Source: Tubulanus polymorphus (lineage: Eukaryota; Animalia; Nemertea). Taken from it: a stretch of DNA of 64,000 bases. The stretch is from the NCBI RefSeq assembly GCF_964204645.1, contig NC_134027.1, positions 5,798,485 to 5,862,484 on the forward strand, written 5' to 3'. This document shows, one piece after another, positions 12,543-24,749 of the stretch; position 1 is the stretch's first letter; each line of letters begins with the position of its first letter. The notes below the pieces were generated by a model, which worked only from the letters and a program-made list of their open reading frames with translations, was not told the origin of the DNA and made no database searches. The translations under genes were made by a program, and so were the position numbers.

Positions 12543-15221
12543 TCATGATAACATTGATTTTGATTGTGAAATCTTGGCAAAATATGGCCTAAGGGAATGT
12601 GATTCAGCAGCCATTTCTTCCTCAGTTCTAGTGCCACTCTTCATATCCTTATCGTGACTTTCCAACTGAAATGATATGAGCAGAAAAAAATTCTCTCTCT
12701 GCAAACCTGAGAAATAAAGAAAAATGAAGTCTTTGCAGCCTACTTACTGTTGTATAGAGATCATCATTGTTTTCAAAGTCACCGGGTTTACGTGGAAGAA
12801 TATGAATATGAAGATGCTGAAAATGACATTACCATGAAAAGTAAAGAAGAAATTTCAAATATCTACTGTGGAATTAGCAATTATTACAGAACCAGTACAT
12901 TGAAAAAATGCTTACGTTTACACTTTGTCCAGCATCTGGTCCGTCTTGAATAACAAGCGAACATGAAGATGTGTTATATATTTGTTCTATAACACGCTGA
13001 ACTTTCTGTGCAACAGTGAACAAATCTGATATCTCATTAGCAATGAGCTCAGTAAACTTTGTAGCACGTCTTAAAGGCGCTATTAGCACATCTTTTCACT
13101 AAGTTAAGAATCTTTTCACTAATAAGTTTTCACTAATAACAACATACACCATTAGTTAACAAGTAAAGGATACGCCCTGGTACAACTGGTTTTATATTCA
13201 CAAATGCCATAGTCATGGACGTTCGAAAAAACAGTTGTGAAGATTTGATTTCATGATCACCAAATCTGTAGGTTTCCTTGCAATCTATTTCTCCTAAAAA
13301 TGTAAACGACCAAGTAACAGCTACTGACTTGTTATGTAAGTAATGATAAGCTCAGACATCGATAGCGCAGCATACGTACCAAATAATTCAACGTACATAT
13401 GACCATACAGATCGTGTCGGTGGTGAGTGTACAGTGGCATTTCTTGTCGAATACGATGTAGAAATGGTATATCAATCTCGGCCATACAAACTCCAACTCC
13501 AGTTGGCAGTTCAGCTATCACTTTGCCCCATGGATCAACTACCTAAAACATTTAATAGAATGTTTCATTACCCAGTATATACCATAATTGCCGATACATG
13601 TACGGAGTAATAGAAACAAATCCATGAAATAGTTACCATGGAGTGCCCATAAGAAGACCTTTTACTATTATGCTTCCCAACCTGCGCTGCTGCAATCACG
13701 TAGCACTGATTTTCTATTGCACGATTTCGTAATAAAACCTGAAAATACAAAATATCATTGATGAATGATGAATGGACAGCGTGATAAATGATTTCATCTG
13801 AAACAATGCTTACCTCCCAGTGAGCATTTCCAGTAGGTACTGTAAATGCGGATGGATAAGTCAATATTTCTGCACCTTGTTGTCTTAAAGCTAAACTTAG
13901 TTCAGGGAATCGCACATCATAACACTGAATTAGTTTTTAGTCAAGGATATTTCATAAAACAAGTTAATTAGTCTATAATAGTCTAAACAGGAATTCAGAA
14001 TAGAACATAAAGACAGTTAACTAAGCACATATTGACACTCATTTAGGATATCTACAGGTACCCGCTACTCATTTTGCTACTGGTATTAGTCAAACAAAGT
14101 CATCATATTTATATACAATGAAAACTTCAGTGAGTTGGACTGTATTTGCTTTCATCCAACCAATGTAAAAACGTATTTCAAATAGGCCTATCTGAATTCA
14201 TCGGATTTTATTTGAGCAGAGTCGACTATTCTGGTGCAAATAAGTTTTCTAGAATTCACCTCTGCGCAATTTCTCCAACCCAGGTCCTCTCATTCATAGT
14301 TAGTTGGATCATGTATAAAGGATACAATTGCCATACCTATTCGACCGCATACTGTATCAATTATTGGGCCAATTTGTGAACCAGGAATGACTAGTTCACG
14401 TTCAGAATATTTCACTTTTCCCGGTATATCGACGTGAAACAAATGCGTTTTACAATAACGACCTTGAAGGTGTCCATGTTTGTCAATTATCAGGTGAGCA
14501 TTCCACACGCGATTTTTGTGTGACTCAGGACCCTGAATAATAAAGGAATGAATTCCAACAAACGTTTTAGACCGATGTATAATGAGGAATGCCGTAAGAA
14601 ATGAATACTGACAGTTTCATGAAATCCACCGAGAGACAACCAGATCCCAAGACCGCTCGCTAGATTCTTGTACTTAGTAATCAAAGGCCCGTTCAATGGC
14701 TCGCTGAGCGTCAATGATTGGGCTTTACTTTCACCGATGTAGTCGAAACATTCCGGCAGAAATACCATCTGAAAAATGATCAACATGCATCAGATATATC
14801 TTCTAAAGCTTTTACTACATTACCTATATTCACGTGAAATGTTAAACCGGCTACAAGAGGCTGTTCAAATCAGATCTTTTTGGATAAGGATTAATTTTCC
14901 GAAATTAAAAGCGATATCTGTATAAGAACGACTCAGATATACGCAGGGTTAAAATATCTTTCAAATATCTGAATTGATTGGATTAAATTTGAGTGTGGAG
15001 TGTACTGTTAAGGTTAAAGCAAGTTTTCTAGAAATCACCTCTGCTCCTTTTCTGTGAGCCTCTTTGATCAATTTCTCGCATTGCTCAAAGTTTTCCTCTT
15101 TTTTGGACGTACACGTCATTTGAACTAAACCGATTCTTTTCGTAGACATACTTCTGAATGTATTGGATCTCAGCAAACAATTATTAACCCGTGATAGAAT
15201 TGTTTTCATCAGAAAGACCAT
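12543..15221 (-). CDS. NitFhit: NitFhit fusion: Nit1-type nitrilase (deaminated glutathione amidase) plus Fhit diadenosine triphosphate hydrolase, ~469 aa, 10 coding exons
   Basis: Exons 15221-15039, 14768-14613, 14532-14326, 13924-13814, 13738-13637, 13542-13380, 13293-13174, 13091-12916, 12816-12748, 12665-12543 sum to 1410 nt in one frame. Nitrilase E-K-C triad ([21 protein letters not shown]), SYGHSM, DPWG; Fhit motifs [22 protein letters not shown], histidine triad [14 protein letters not shown]. Confidence 0.96.
13092..13173 (-). other. U12-type GT-AG intron (82 nt) in the Fhit domain
   Basis: Donor GTATCCTTT; branch site TTCTTAAC at 13110-13103, ~12 nt from the AG; no polypyrimidine tract; splicing restores VVPG-H-VLIAP. 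Confidence 0.88.
13925..14325 (-). other. U12-type (minor spliceosome) GT-AG intron in the Nit domain
   Basis: Donor GTATCCTTT; branch site TCCTTGAC at 13947-13940, ~16 nt from the 3' AG; splicing keeps the frame (MAI|CYD). Confidence 0.88.
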
Positions 15222-15689
15222 AACGCTTAAAAGATAATCTTAATTTCTACTTATATATACATCAGAAGAACAGAAAAGAAAACATGGACATGTCAATACC
15301 GAGTGTTAGGTTTGAGTGTCTGACATGAGTGAGTGGCTAGTCTACTAGGGTAGGCCTAATATAAAACTGGTCGACAATTTCATATGAGCTTGGTCGGGAA
15401 CAAAACACACAGTTCACCATGAAGGCAAAAAGTCAAAACAGTCACGGTCTACCATCTTACTTGGAAGTGAGAGAGGGAATTGAAAGGCCAAAAGAGTAAG
15501 AGAATAATTTGACAACAATCGTACTCAACGACCTTGAGAATTAAGTTGTTGAGAACTTGAGTCCTGGCAATCAGGTTCGAATCCTGGGAAATCAAATGTT
15601 GAATTGCTTGTCCAAGTAAGTTTTCATTAAGATATTTTTGCAATTCTAATACCAAAATTATAAAAAGAGTTTATGATACCTGTGTCCAA

Positions 15690-15760
15690 CATACTCACTC
15701 TTGCTGATATTGGATCCGGAAAGTAATCCGCGTCCGTGTTTTCACCGTTGCATATACGAT
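15690..15760. promoter_or_regulatory. Putative head-to-head promoter shared by NitFhit (-) and BolA2 (+)
   Basis: Start codons ~540-620 bp apart; CCGGAA ETS-like core at ~15716; minus-strand GTGAGT donor at ~15698 suggests a non-coding NitFhit first exon. Confidence 0.45.
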
Positions 15761-15836
15761 GAATTTCTCCACAATTTGTGCTAAATCACATTTTTCTTTT
15801 GTTACTGCCTCACGATTCCTGTCGCTGACGAGAATA

Positions 15837-16360
15837 ATGGGGGTCTCCAAACAACAGATAGTCGATAAGCTCACACAAGAACTGGAACCGGTACATTTAG
15901 TAAGTTTTGGGGTATCAGAATCCAACAATGAACTTCTCTTCAATTCAAATTCAATTCAACAATTTGTTGGAGGGATTATACAATACTCCTGTTTTTAGCA
16001 CAGGTTTTGATGCCGTAATAAAAGTGTAGTGCTTAGATGAAGAAATTTCACTATAACCATCTCTTTCAGGAAGTGGAAGATATCAGCGATGGCTGTGGTG
16101 CTAGTTTCTCAGTGCTGGTGGTTTCCGAAAAATTCAAAGATCAGAAACTACTTCTACGACAAAGGTAGGATACGATTAAAATCTGGGCTAAACTGATCCA
16201 GAGATTAAGCGGGTTAACTTGATATCCGTTGAACAGTTGAGGTTTTTTATTTTTTAGGATGGTGAATAAAATTCTTGCTGAAGAAATGAAGGAATTACAC
16301 GCTTTACCTCAAAGGACTCTTACCCCTGAACAATGGACACAAATGTCCAAAACTCAGTGA
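15837..16360 (+). CDS. BOLA2: BolA-like protein 2 (86 aa; possible 26-aa N-terminal extension from ATG 15759)
   Basis: Exons 15837-15899, 16070-16164, 16258-16360: MGVSKQQIVDKLTQELEPVHL-EVEDISDGCGASFSVLVVSEKFKDQKLLLRQR-MVNKILAEEMKELHALPQRTLTPEQW; BolA2 hallmark D.SxGCG, VVSxxF, HA, TPEQW. Confidence 0.93.
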
Positions 16361-17055
16361 AAAAATAATAGCTTTTAGTAGATAATTCAAAAGCAATTAG
16401 ATTTGACAAAAACCACTTGTGATAAAGTTTACAAATGTAGAATGTGTAAATAAATTAAATTTCAAATTAGTCAAACTGTTTTATTGTGAACTTGCAAGTC
16501 ATCCTATCAATCAACAAAATATCTTTTAAACAACACCATGAAGGCTTAAGATTTAAAAATGCATTTTATTTACCAAAAGGAAAGCATAATACATACCATA
16601 AAATTGATCAACATGCAGTTTAGTCAGTGTGGGGTTGGCTGACAAAATTGAAAGACCATTGGTAATTAACAGAAAATTTGTTAATGAGAGCAAATCAATG
16701 TCACGTTCAAAGCAAAGCAGTTCAATTTAGTAATAAATGGAAGAAATATACAGCACACTTTCTGCATGTATTTATAGTATAGTATAGTGTCAGTGGAACT
16801 TCGTTTTAACAAACTTGCATACAACGATTCTTCGGATGTTACAAATATAAAATTGTGTTCTAAGTAAGGGGTTATTTTCATACTGGATATAAAAAACAGA
16901 TTTTCTGGTCCTGTGAAGTTTGTTGTAACAAGGTTCACTGTTTAAGTAGTTCACGAGTGCATGAGAAAATGGCCCATTCGAATTCCCCAGTGCTTAAAGA
17001 TAATCTGATCTGATCATTGGTGGAATTGTTTGAAAATCTAGAATCCTCCGATCGA

Positions 17056-18802
17056 TCATGATCCAGCTTCATGCGAATACAAATAGTCCTCATCATCTGA
17101 ACTTTCTACTCCTTCACCATAAAGTTCTTTTATAACATCCTTTTTATATTCGTCATAATTCCGTTGTGGAGTCCAAATATCATTCTCTTCATCACTAGAT
17201 AAATTCTCTTCCACTGAAAAATTTTTGTACAAAAGAATCTCATTAAAATGAACTAGAAAGTTCAGGGACACCATGTCAAATGCTCGACAATCTGACTTCG
17301 CCTCCTGGTGAATGTAAACTAACCCTAGTTATCAATGACCTTGATAACTGGATTCCGTCTCATGGACTGACACGGATGAAAAGTGAACGTTTTAGGCTGG
17401 TTTAAAAATGAAATCATAATAGACTTTCAATACTAAAAAATCGCGGCATTCATCTCACCTGCTAATGAACATTTCTTCATTCGAGATCGCAAGTTTTCTT
17501 CATCGAAACCAGAATAATCACCTGCTGCAAAAAGTGATGAAAAATGTGCTGATATTTATGAAATTTCAAAGGCGAAATAAGATGCATTTTTCGATATAAT
17601 TTACCATATTCATCACAATCTTCGTTCTCATAAAATCGCGGGTCCTCGTCGGGATAATCATTCCTCCAGTTATCTTCATCATTGCTATCATCTTCATCGT
17701 CGTAGACGTTTAAATCACCGTCGTCGCGGTAACCGTTAAACATATAGTCCTCGTTGTAAGCCTCGATGGTCATCACGTCCTCGAGGAGTCGGAAATCAAA
17801 CTGACGTTGATTCAAATAATACACGTCGTAAACGTAATCAGTTTGATTTTCTGCCGTTTCGATCGTCGCAGTTGATTCCCGCACCATCGGAACCGAGTTA
17901 CACGTAACTGTTTCATTACCACTAATAGCCTTAAATGATATTATTGTCAATCTGTTACTTCTTCTGAGGAGTGGGTCCAAACCCATACCTGCCACAAACT
18001 AGATCGCTTTTATCTGTTGTTACAGGCAGATCATCAACTTATTAACTTTCAGATTATCGAGTTTGATAACTTTATTTACATCAACGAGGAAAAGTGAAAG
18101 TATTATTCCATACCTCAGTTTCTAAATCATAAAGAGAATATGTCGCATCCTGGTAAACGTCGCCTTTCACCGCCGAATTATCACTGCTTTCTTTGTCCAA
18201 ACTTTCCAAGTTCAACGCCCGATTGCGGAGGGACACTTTTAATCTGTTGGCTTTTGAGCTTTGTCGCTTAGTATCGCGTACATTGCTAGTAATGTCAGTG
18301 CCATGACCTTTGTATTCCTTTTCAAGTTTTGCTTTACGAATTGCATCACGTACGGTTTTTGAGACTGACTGAGACTGTAAAGACAAAGTAAAGGAAAAGT
18401 ACACATTACATGCCATTCCTAACTTTATCACAACTACAGGGACTTGACACAATTGGTAATGTATTGGGCCCAGTGGTACCATACATGTTAAGTACGGTGA
18501 GGGCTGAGTGAGTCAGTGACAGGAGAGTGATTTAGTCTAATACTTAGCCGTTGTAGGGAACCCGTAACTTAACAACGACACTGTATGGTAAGTATTCAGG
18601 ACTAGTGATTGAACATTTCAATCGATTTACTCACCTTATCTACAAGAGTACCAGCAAATTTCAACGCAGTTGTTACTTCTACGCTCTCTGTGTTACTTTC
18701 TACTTCATCAGAATCATTTTTTCTCTGCCTTTTACAACACAAAACGAGTTTTTCCGCAGGTTCTTCGTTAATTTTTCGTTTAATTCTTACCACAGCCGCC
18801 AT
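17056..18802 (-). CDS. SLC7A6OS: RNA polymerase II nuclear localization protein SLC7A6OS/Iwr1, ~324 aa, 5 exons
   Basis: Exons 18802-18635, 18374-18114, 17929-17605, 17521-17459, 17213-17056 in phase (975 nt). N-terminal AAVVRIKRK, FAGT, TCNSVPMVRE, DYVYDVYY and the Iwr1 motif DDEDDSNDEDNWRNDYPDED. Confidence 0.92.
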
Positions 18803-19339
18803 TATAGTGTATGGTGTAATACAATACCGACTGTTGGGATATGAAAAAGGAATGCTCCATTGAAGGTGCGCCACCGCCGGTGCCCGTTCTTCTCAGCGGC
18901 CCATGTCACCATAAATGTGTATTTTCAATTAACCCCCCCCCCCAAAAAAAAAGCGAAGAATACATTCTTAATTCAGTAATTCAGAGTTTTTTTTTTCATT
19001 TGCTGCATTCCGGTCTTAGTGATAGCATTCTATCTTAATAGTTAGTCTTGAATATATTAATTCGTCAATAAATGTTAGAAATAAGGTGAACTCGTGTCTC
19101 ATTCGGGGGATATTGATACGATTTCGGGAATTCGATAAGCAAGATGCTTTATCTATTTTTTTCAAATGTTCGATAACGCAAAATCTCGGTCAAAATGTAT
19201 GACTAATTTCATCGTGATTGATAAGAGGTCTGATTTTGTTTATATAGGCCTCTAGTTTCAAAGTTCGAAGTATTGACTAGTTGTACTGAAAATTGGAAAT
19301 TCATTACAAACAATTTCTTAGCACTGACAGATCGTCGCA

Positions 19340-20739
19340 ATGACCGGGAATATTATTTTGCTGTTTTTTTGCAGTACCATCGCTGGATCTTTGGCTACCG
19401 CATATCCTGATAAAGGTGTAGTAGATACTTGCCACGTTACCATCCGATTCACAAACCCCACGCTGTGTACTGTACAGATCTAATAAATACGAAATTGCGC
19501 ATCGTTTTTTATTTCGGAATATGGTTATGCTTTTGTTTAACTACAAGGAATCTATAGGATTTCCATGTTTCGAACTCGGGTCATAAGTACCGCTTCATAA
19601 GTACCGCTAACCGAAAAAAAAATAGTCTAAAAAGCGATCTTATTTTATGTGTACAATTCTGCAGCCGGTTAAGTTTGTTAATGCGCATGACGATTTATGT
19701 CTAGATATTGTATTTTCCTTCAAATTTTTAAAACTTTTTAAAACTTTTCTTTGTAGTACATTTGGAGAACTTTTCAATCGATTTGGCAGAATTTATAAAT
19801 GCAGTCCACAATGTCGAAGCATTGAGTCGAAAGGATATACAAAATACAGGCTGCTCTTGCCCAACGGATACGAAGTGTGGATGTTGTGCAGATATCGTGT
19901 CAAAACTTCTCAGAATCAACAGCACAGGTAAATTTGATAAACCTTAAGACGTGTGAAACATATGAGTTTGATTGATGAAATTTATAACACTATCTGTCTG
20001 AAAAAAGAGGTCCGAAAACAAGACCATAAAATGTAGCATGTAGACCACAAAAAAAGATATTGTTTTCGAATAGCAGTTTTACGATATTTGATGCAAGCGA
20101 AAAGCAGTAATTCTTATATGCATCTGATAAATATAAACATCTTATTCTCTTTATTCTTATTTATTTCAAGGTTGTGTAAACATGACATACGATAAAGTAA
20201 CAACTGATATAAATGTAGTCATGACTTTGGATGGCAAAGTTTACGTAAATGAAACAATCAATCGTGAGTATATATCAATTAATCTTCGTCGGATTCGAAA
20301 GTTGAAATCAATTCATGGACATTTTTCTTATGAATCTGTCGATTTGGAGTATATAGAAAAATCCAGTGTATGTAGTATGGATGTATTTCATATTTCATTG
20401 TGTCATATATTTTCAGTTCATAACCCACCTGCTTTGTGTCAGGGTTTGCCATATGTTGCTACATGGTGCACTGTTTTCTACAACACATCCTGGGTTGGCA
20501 AAGTCGGGGCCTGCCTGCGGTTCGAGTTGCGCTTACTTGGTCAAACGGTACTGAAAATTCCAGTTGGTTGTTTCCAATTTCCGACGAGATCGGTGAGGGC
20601 CAAACACACGCAACACAGTCGCCATCGCATGGCACTTGATTCGAGGAACTTCTTCGAACAACGTTGGAAGGCTTATGAAAATATGATTCAAAATCGTCAG
20701 CAGGAAGTAAAACGGCGAAAGAATTACATCAGTCTTTAA
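19340..20739 (+). CDS. Secreted Cys-rich protein, DUF4773-like, ~220 aa, 4 exons
   Basis: Exons 19340-19415 (signal-peptide-like MTGNIILLFFCSTIAGSLA; weak donor), 19757-19927 (CSC..KCGCC), 20171-20263, 20417-20739 (NPPALC..C..AC..GCF) join in frame (663 nt). TATA-like TATATA at ~19241. Domain name from recall of the Cys pattern. Confidence 0.78.
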
Positions 20740-23700
20740 ACAGAGAAAATAGTTGAAACTAGAAATACGGAAATCAACGTTATTACTAGCAATGTATATA
20801 TACGTCTATATGCAATGACTGTCCGATTGACTTAATTGATCGATCAAGTGATCTTCGATGTGTTCAAAATACAACTTGAATTGATTCAATCAAAATAAAT
20901 GCAACTATCGTATTCTATATTGAATTTATGGTGTTTCTTAAGTACCATGGTACACCTCGTGGTATGCTAAGATAGTTTTCTTTCGAACTTCAATTCAATA
21001 CCGACTGAAATTGTTCGGTAGTTTTACTATCAAAATTATGACATTATGGACCAGCTTGCTCGTTGATATTTTGTTTTGGAATGGCATGCACGAGTTACAT
21101 GCCTGGCCGGTGTGTAGGTTTGATAATGAATTATGCTCATTAGAGCTGATATTGGTTAGGTATAAATGCAGTCAATGTTCAATTAAGAAATTGAATGATA
21201 ATTTGTTTAATCCAAATGAAATTTCCTAATCCTATGAGATTGGGAACATTTCGATTTGCAAAAGTGGAAACTTGAAAATCGCTGCTTTTTCGCGGTTGCC
21301 GGGTGGCAACCCTCGCAACGAAATGAAACGCTGATTTTGAGCCGGCCAGTGACGTAAGTGTTTCACTTGCTACGTAAACATCGCTATAGGACGCGACGGA
21401 TTAAAGGAAAACATTCGTCGCCTTCGGTAAACACTAAATCATCGAATTAACGCATCACCGCGAACTTTCACCGAAAATACGCGGCACGAGACATTTAAAT
21501 CCTAAAGCCGTATAGTTATTTCGCGTTTAATGACGCGCTGCGGGCAATCGATGAGGCCAATATTTCAAACAAATTAATCGAATGTTTGTGTTGGTTAACA
21601 GGTATCATCGGTGCTGACTAGATATCCTCGGGGACGTAATAAATGTTTCAATACGTTACTAGGGATTAGGATTCACGAGTTATGTACTCAATTTATGTTC
21701 ATAAATAACATTAAAACGGATAATTGCCCGTGGCTTCTCAGTGATTGAGTGTGGGGCAAACGAGCAAATGCATTTCAATTCGAAATAATTGAATATGAAA
21801 TTGAAATCAAAGAAAATTGACGCGAATACATCATTGCACAATGTTCTTATATCGAGTCTCCAGCTGCGACTGATTTTTCAGCTGGTTTGCTCATCACGAA
21901 GAATACAATATTTTCTAGCATGCATTTGATAGGTGAAAAATCTAAATCATGCGACAGCAGCAGTTAGAAGACTTCTCGCGACACTTCCAAAATTTGAAAG
22001 TAAACTTTGCCGACAAATCACCAGTCGGCGCCATTGTTCTGCGACTGGCATTCCGTCAACATTAACCACTTAATTAACCTCGCAAGAGCGACCATAACGC
22101 TTTCGGTAAATTTGTTTTCGGGCACCGAAACGGCTCATAAAAGCCAACCCAGCTGGATATGGCGAAAAACCGTTCATTGTTGACAAGCATTCCTGAATCG
22201 TTTTCAATGGTTTGACACTCGAACCGGCAATAATGGCATATCACTTTAATTAGAGATTCATTGAGGTGGCTTCGGCTTTGAATTGAAGTGGTCCACTTTG
22301 CCGCAGGGAGCCTCGGTTAACCGGTAGATGGTATTGGCCTATAATAATTGGGGTAATCTAGTGAAGAACACTTCCCCGTACCCGAGGCCATCAGCGTTGG
22401 GATTAAAGCCGTATGCAAAAATAAAAGCATATGCCTACAATCATGAATTCAGCAAACTCCAGTCGGCTGCGGCCGCTTTTAATTGCAATATGGAAAAAAT
22501 ATTTTCGAATTATAATGAGATCACCGACACCAAGGTGGTCGATATAAAGCACAATTATTAACCAAGGAAAAGGCGTCCTTTTCATAAATCAAGGCAAGGA
22601 CATACCGAATCTCGGTTCTTAGGTCCAGGATCAATGCAGTTAACGAACGTTAACGACATTGATATATTGAATTCATATCAACTCTACTCATATTCTAAGC
22701 TCAAAGTACAAAAAGAAAAACGAATCTTTTTCTAAGAGTTGAAGCACTTAAAGCCGAAAGAATTATGAATCATCAAGAGGCGGGTTCCAGTTTTCTGAAA
22801 ATCCGACCCGCTGGAAAGTTTTTCATTATTATCTAAATTTGCAGGGGACTCGGCGTGTATTAAGCGATTCGCAAGCAGATTAATAATCAAATATAAAAAG
22901 CTGCATTAGGAATGGAATCAGGCAAACGCGCGACACGTCGCCAGATGGGGTATGTTTTTCTTTAATAAAAAGCTAAGAAATTGGTGTAAAAAGATTTGCC
23001 GCTCAGTGAATATGGTTAGATTAGGAAATAATGATATACGCAAAGTTCGAATTAGCTATTGTATTAAGGACACACCGCGAGAATTACCTCTACGCGAGAC
23101 CCAGCAAGGAGGCAAACATTATAATTGATCATGAAATATGATCTCAAAAAGGAAAATTCAGCATTATTTTTGCGTTTATCCAGACAATTCTCATTTCTTT
23201 TATGCATGTCAGCATTGTTGTTCACTTCTTCATCGATCTTCAGTTGATTTTCACCCTTTTAGTCTTTTCAAGTTATAAGCGATCGTTTGATTTACAAGAT
23301 CTGGCTTAAGAATTATATATGTGCATCCATGATGAATAGAGCGAACATCTTAGTAGGTTAAAACGCCAGCTTTGCACAACTACATTTCTTGATGATAAAA
23401 AATGAAAATGATCTTTTGTGTAGATGCCAGTTTTTCCTGAAGTGATTATTAGTTGGGACTGGATATTTTGACAGCTTGAAGTCCATGGTATTGTATCGGT
23501 GCCAAATGATTAAGTTGGGCCGAGTTTTGGACAGTCTATTCGCTGACTCCCCACTCGTTTGTTCCTTTAATGAGGTCTCCACCCATCGCGACAATCCTTC
23601 CCGCGTACACAACGCGCTATTGTAGCAACCTTGTTTATCTAGCTCAATTACATGGAAAACCTAATTTTCAAGGCTTTTTCTTCCCCGTACTTTCACGTTC

Positions 23701-24043
23701 TCCAAGCGATCATTTGATTTCTTTCTCTATAGGCATTTCTTCACTCGTTCTTCACTCGGCGCCATTCATTAGGCCCCATAGACATCCTAGCGAGAATATG
23801 TTAACCCCGAGGAATGTGAATTTCAAAAGATTGAAAGATCGTAATGATATATTATTTTCAATTAAAAGATATCGGTACTTTCGAAAAACTGAATACATAC
23901 GTAGGTTATATACGAACTTTTGCTATCTAAATGAATATCAATTTCTCTTTCATCCGTGTAATGTAAAATATCGATGATCAAGTCCCAAATATTTTTCCAG
24001 GGGAAACTAACCTTTTTCCTTGGAAATATAACTTTTCCGTCAG

Positions 24044-24749
24044 AATATTTGGGCTAGATGGATGATGAACTATCTGTCGGGTCTTCGTATGAAGTGCAGA
24101 AAAAGTAAGATTTTCAGAAGAATAATCAAATAGTGCTCAAGGGTATGTACATTTACTTATTCCATGCTATTTGATCTGTTGTGTTACGATAAATGTCGGC
24201 CTTTTTGACGATGAAATCAAGTTTTAAGCTCTAAATCGAGTCTTTGCCGGTTGCAAAATTCGTATAGATCGGGTATTGAAAGCACACCTGTGCCGTTGGA
24301 ATTGGCCCGATCTTCTCGATGCCGCATTGTATCAAGTGAGCAAACAATAACCTACAAAGAGCTTGCGAACAGAATACTTTTGCCGGACCCATCTCAAAAG
24401 CTCTTGACTCAGCTTGAAAAGGCTAACATGTTTTTCAACAGATAATGCGACCGGCTACTGAACTGACTATTCGAGGAGAATTGCGTCTTATATTTGACTG
24501 CGCAGAACCGGTTTAAAATAATGAAGACACGAATCAAGCAGCTGCTGTAGACATAAGTCTTATTATTTCATATTCAAAATTGATTGTAGGTTTTGGTAAC
24601 AATTGTTCGCAAAATACCCGAAGCTCTCAGTGAGCGTGCCATCCGGACTATCTTACGTTTTAGCTACAGTTTATTTTATTGGTTACATTGTTTCGATTCC
24701 GAAAAGGCATTTGACCAGCAAAGGCCTTGCAGTGGTCGTCGCGGGATAG
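24044..24749 (+). other. Tentative unannotated spliced unit (small orphan ORF or lncRNA)
   Basis: Blocks 24044-24104, 24229-24335, 24442-24510, 24590-24629, 24707-24749 are bounded by AG/GT with 77-124-nt gaps and give a stop-free frame of ~90 codons; no recognisable domain. Confidence 0.3.

Noticed and set aside
17989-18045. Possible extra SLC7A6OS exon ending in CAG/GTATGG
   Set aside because: Nearby acceptors give in-frame stops or a frameshift; direct 18114-17929 splice is already in phase.
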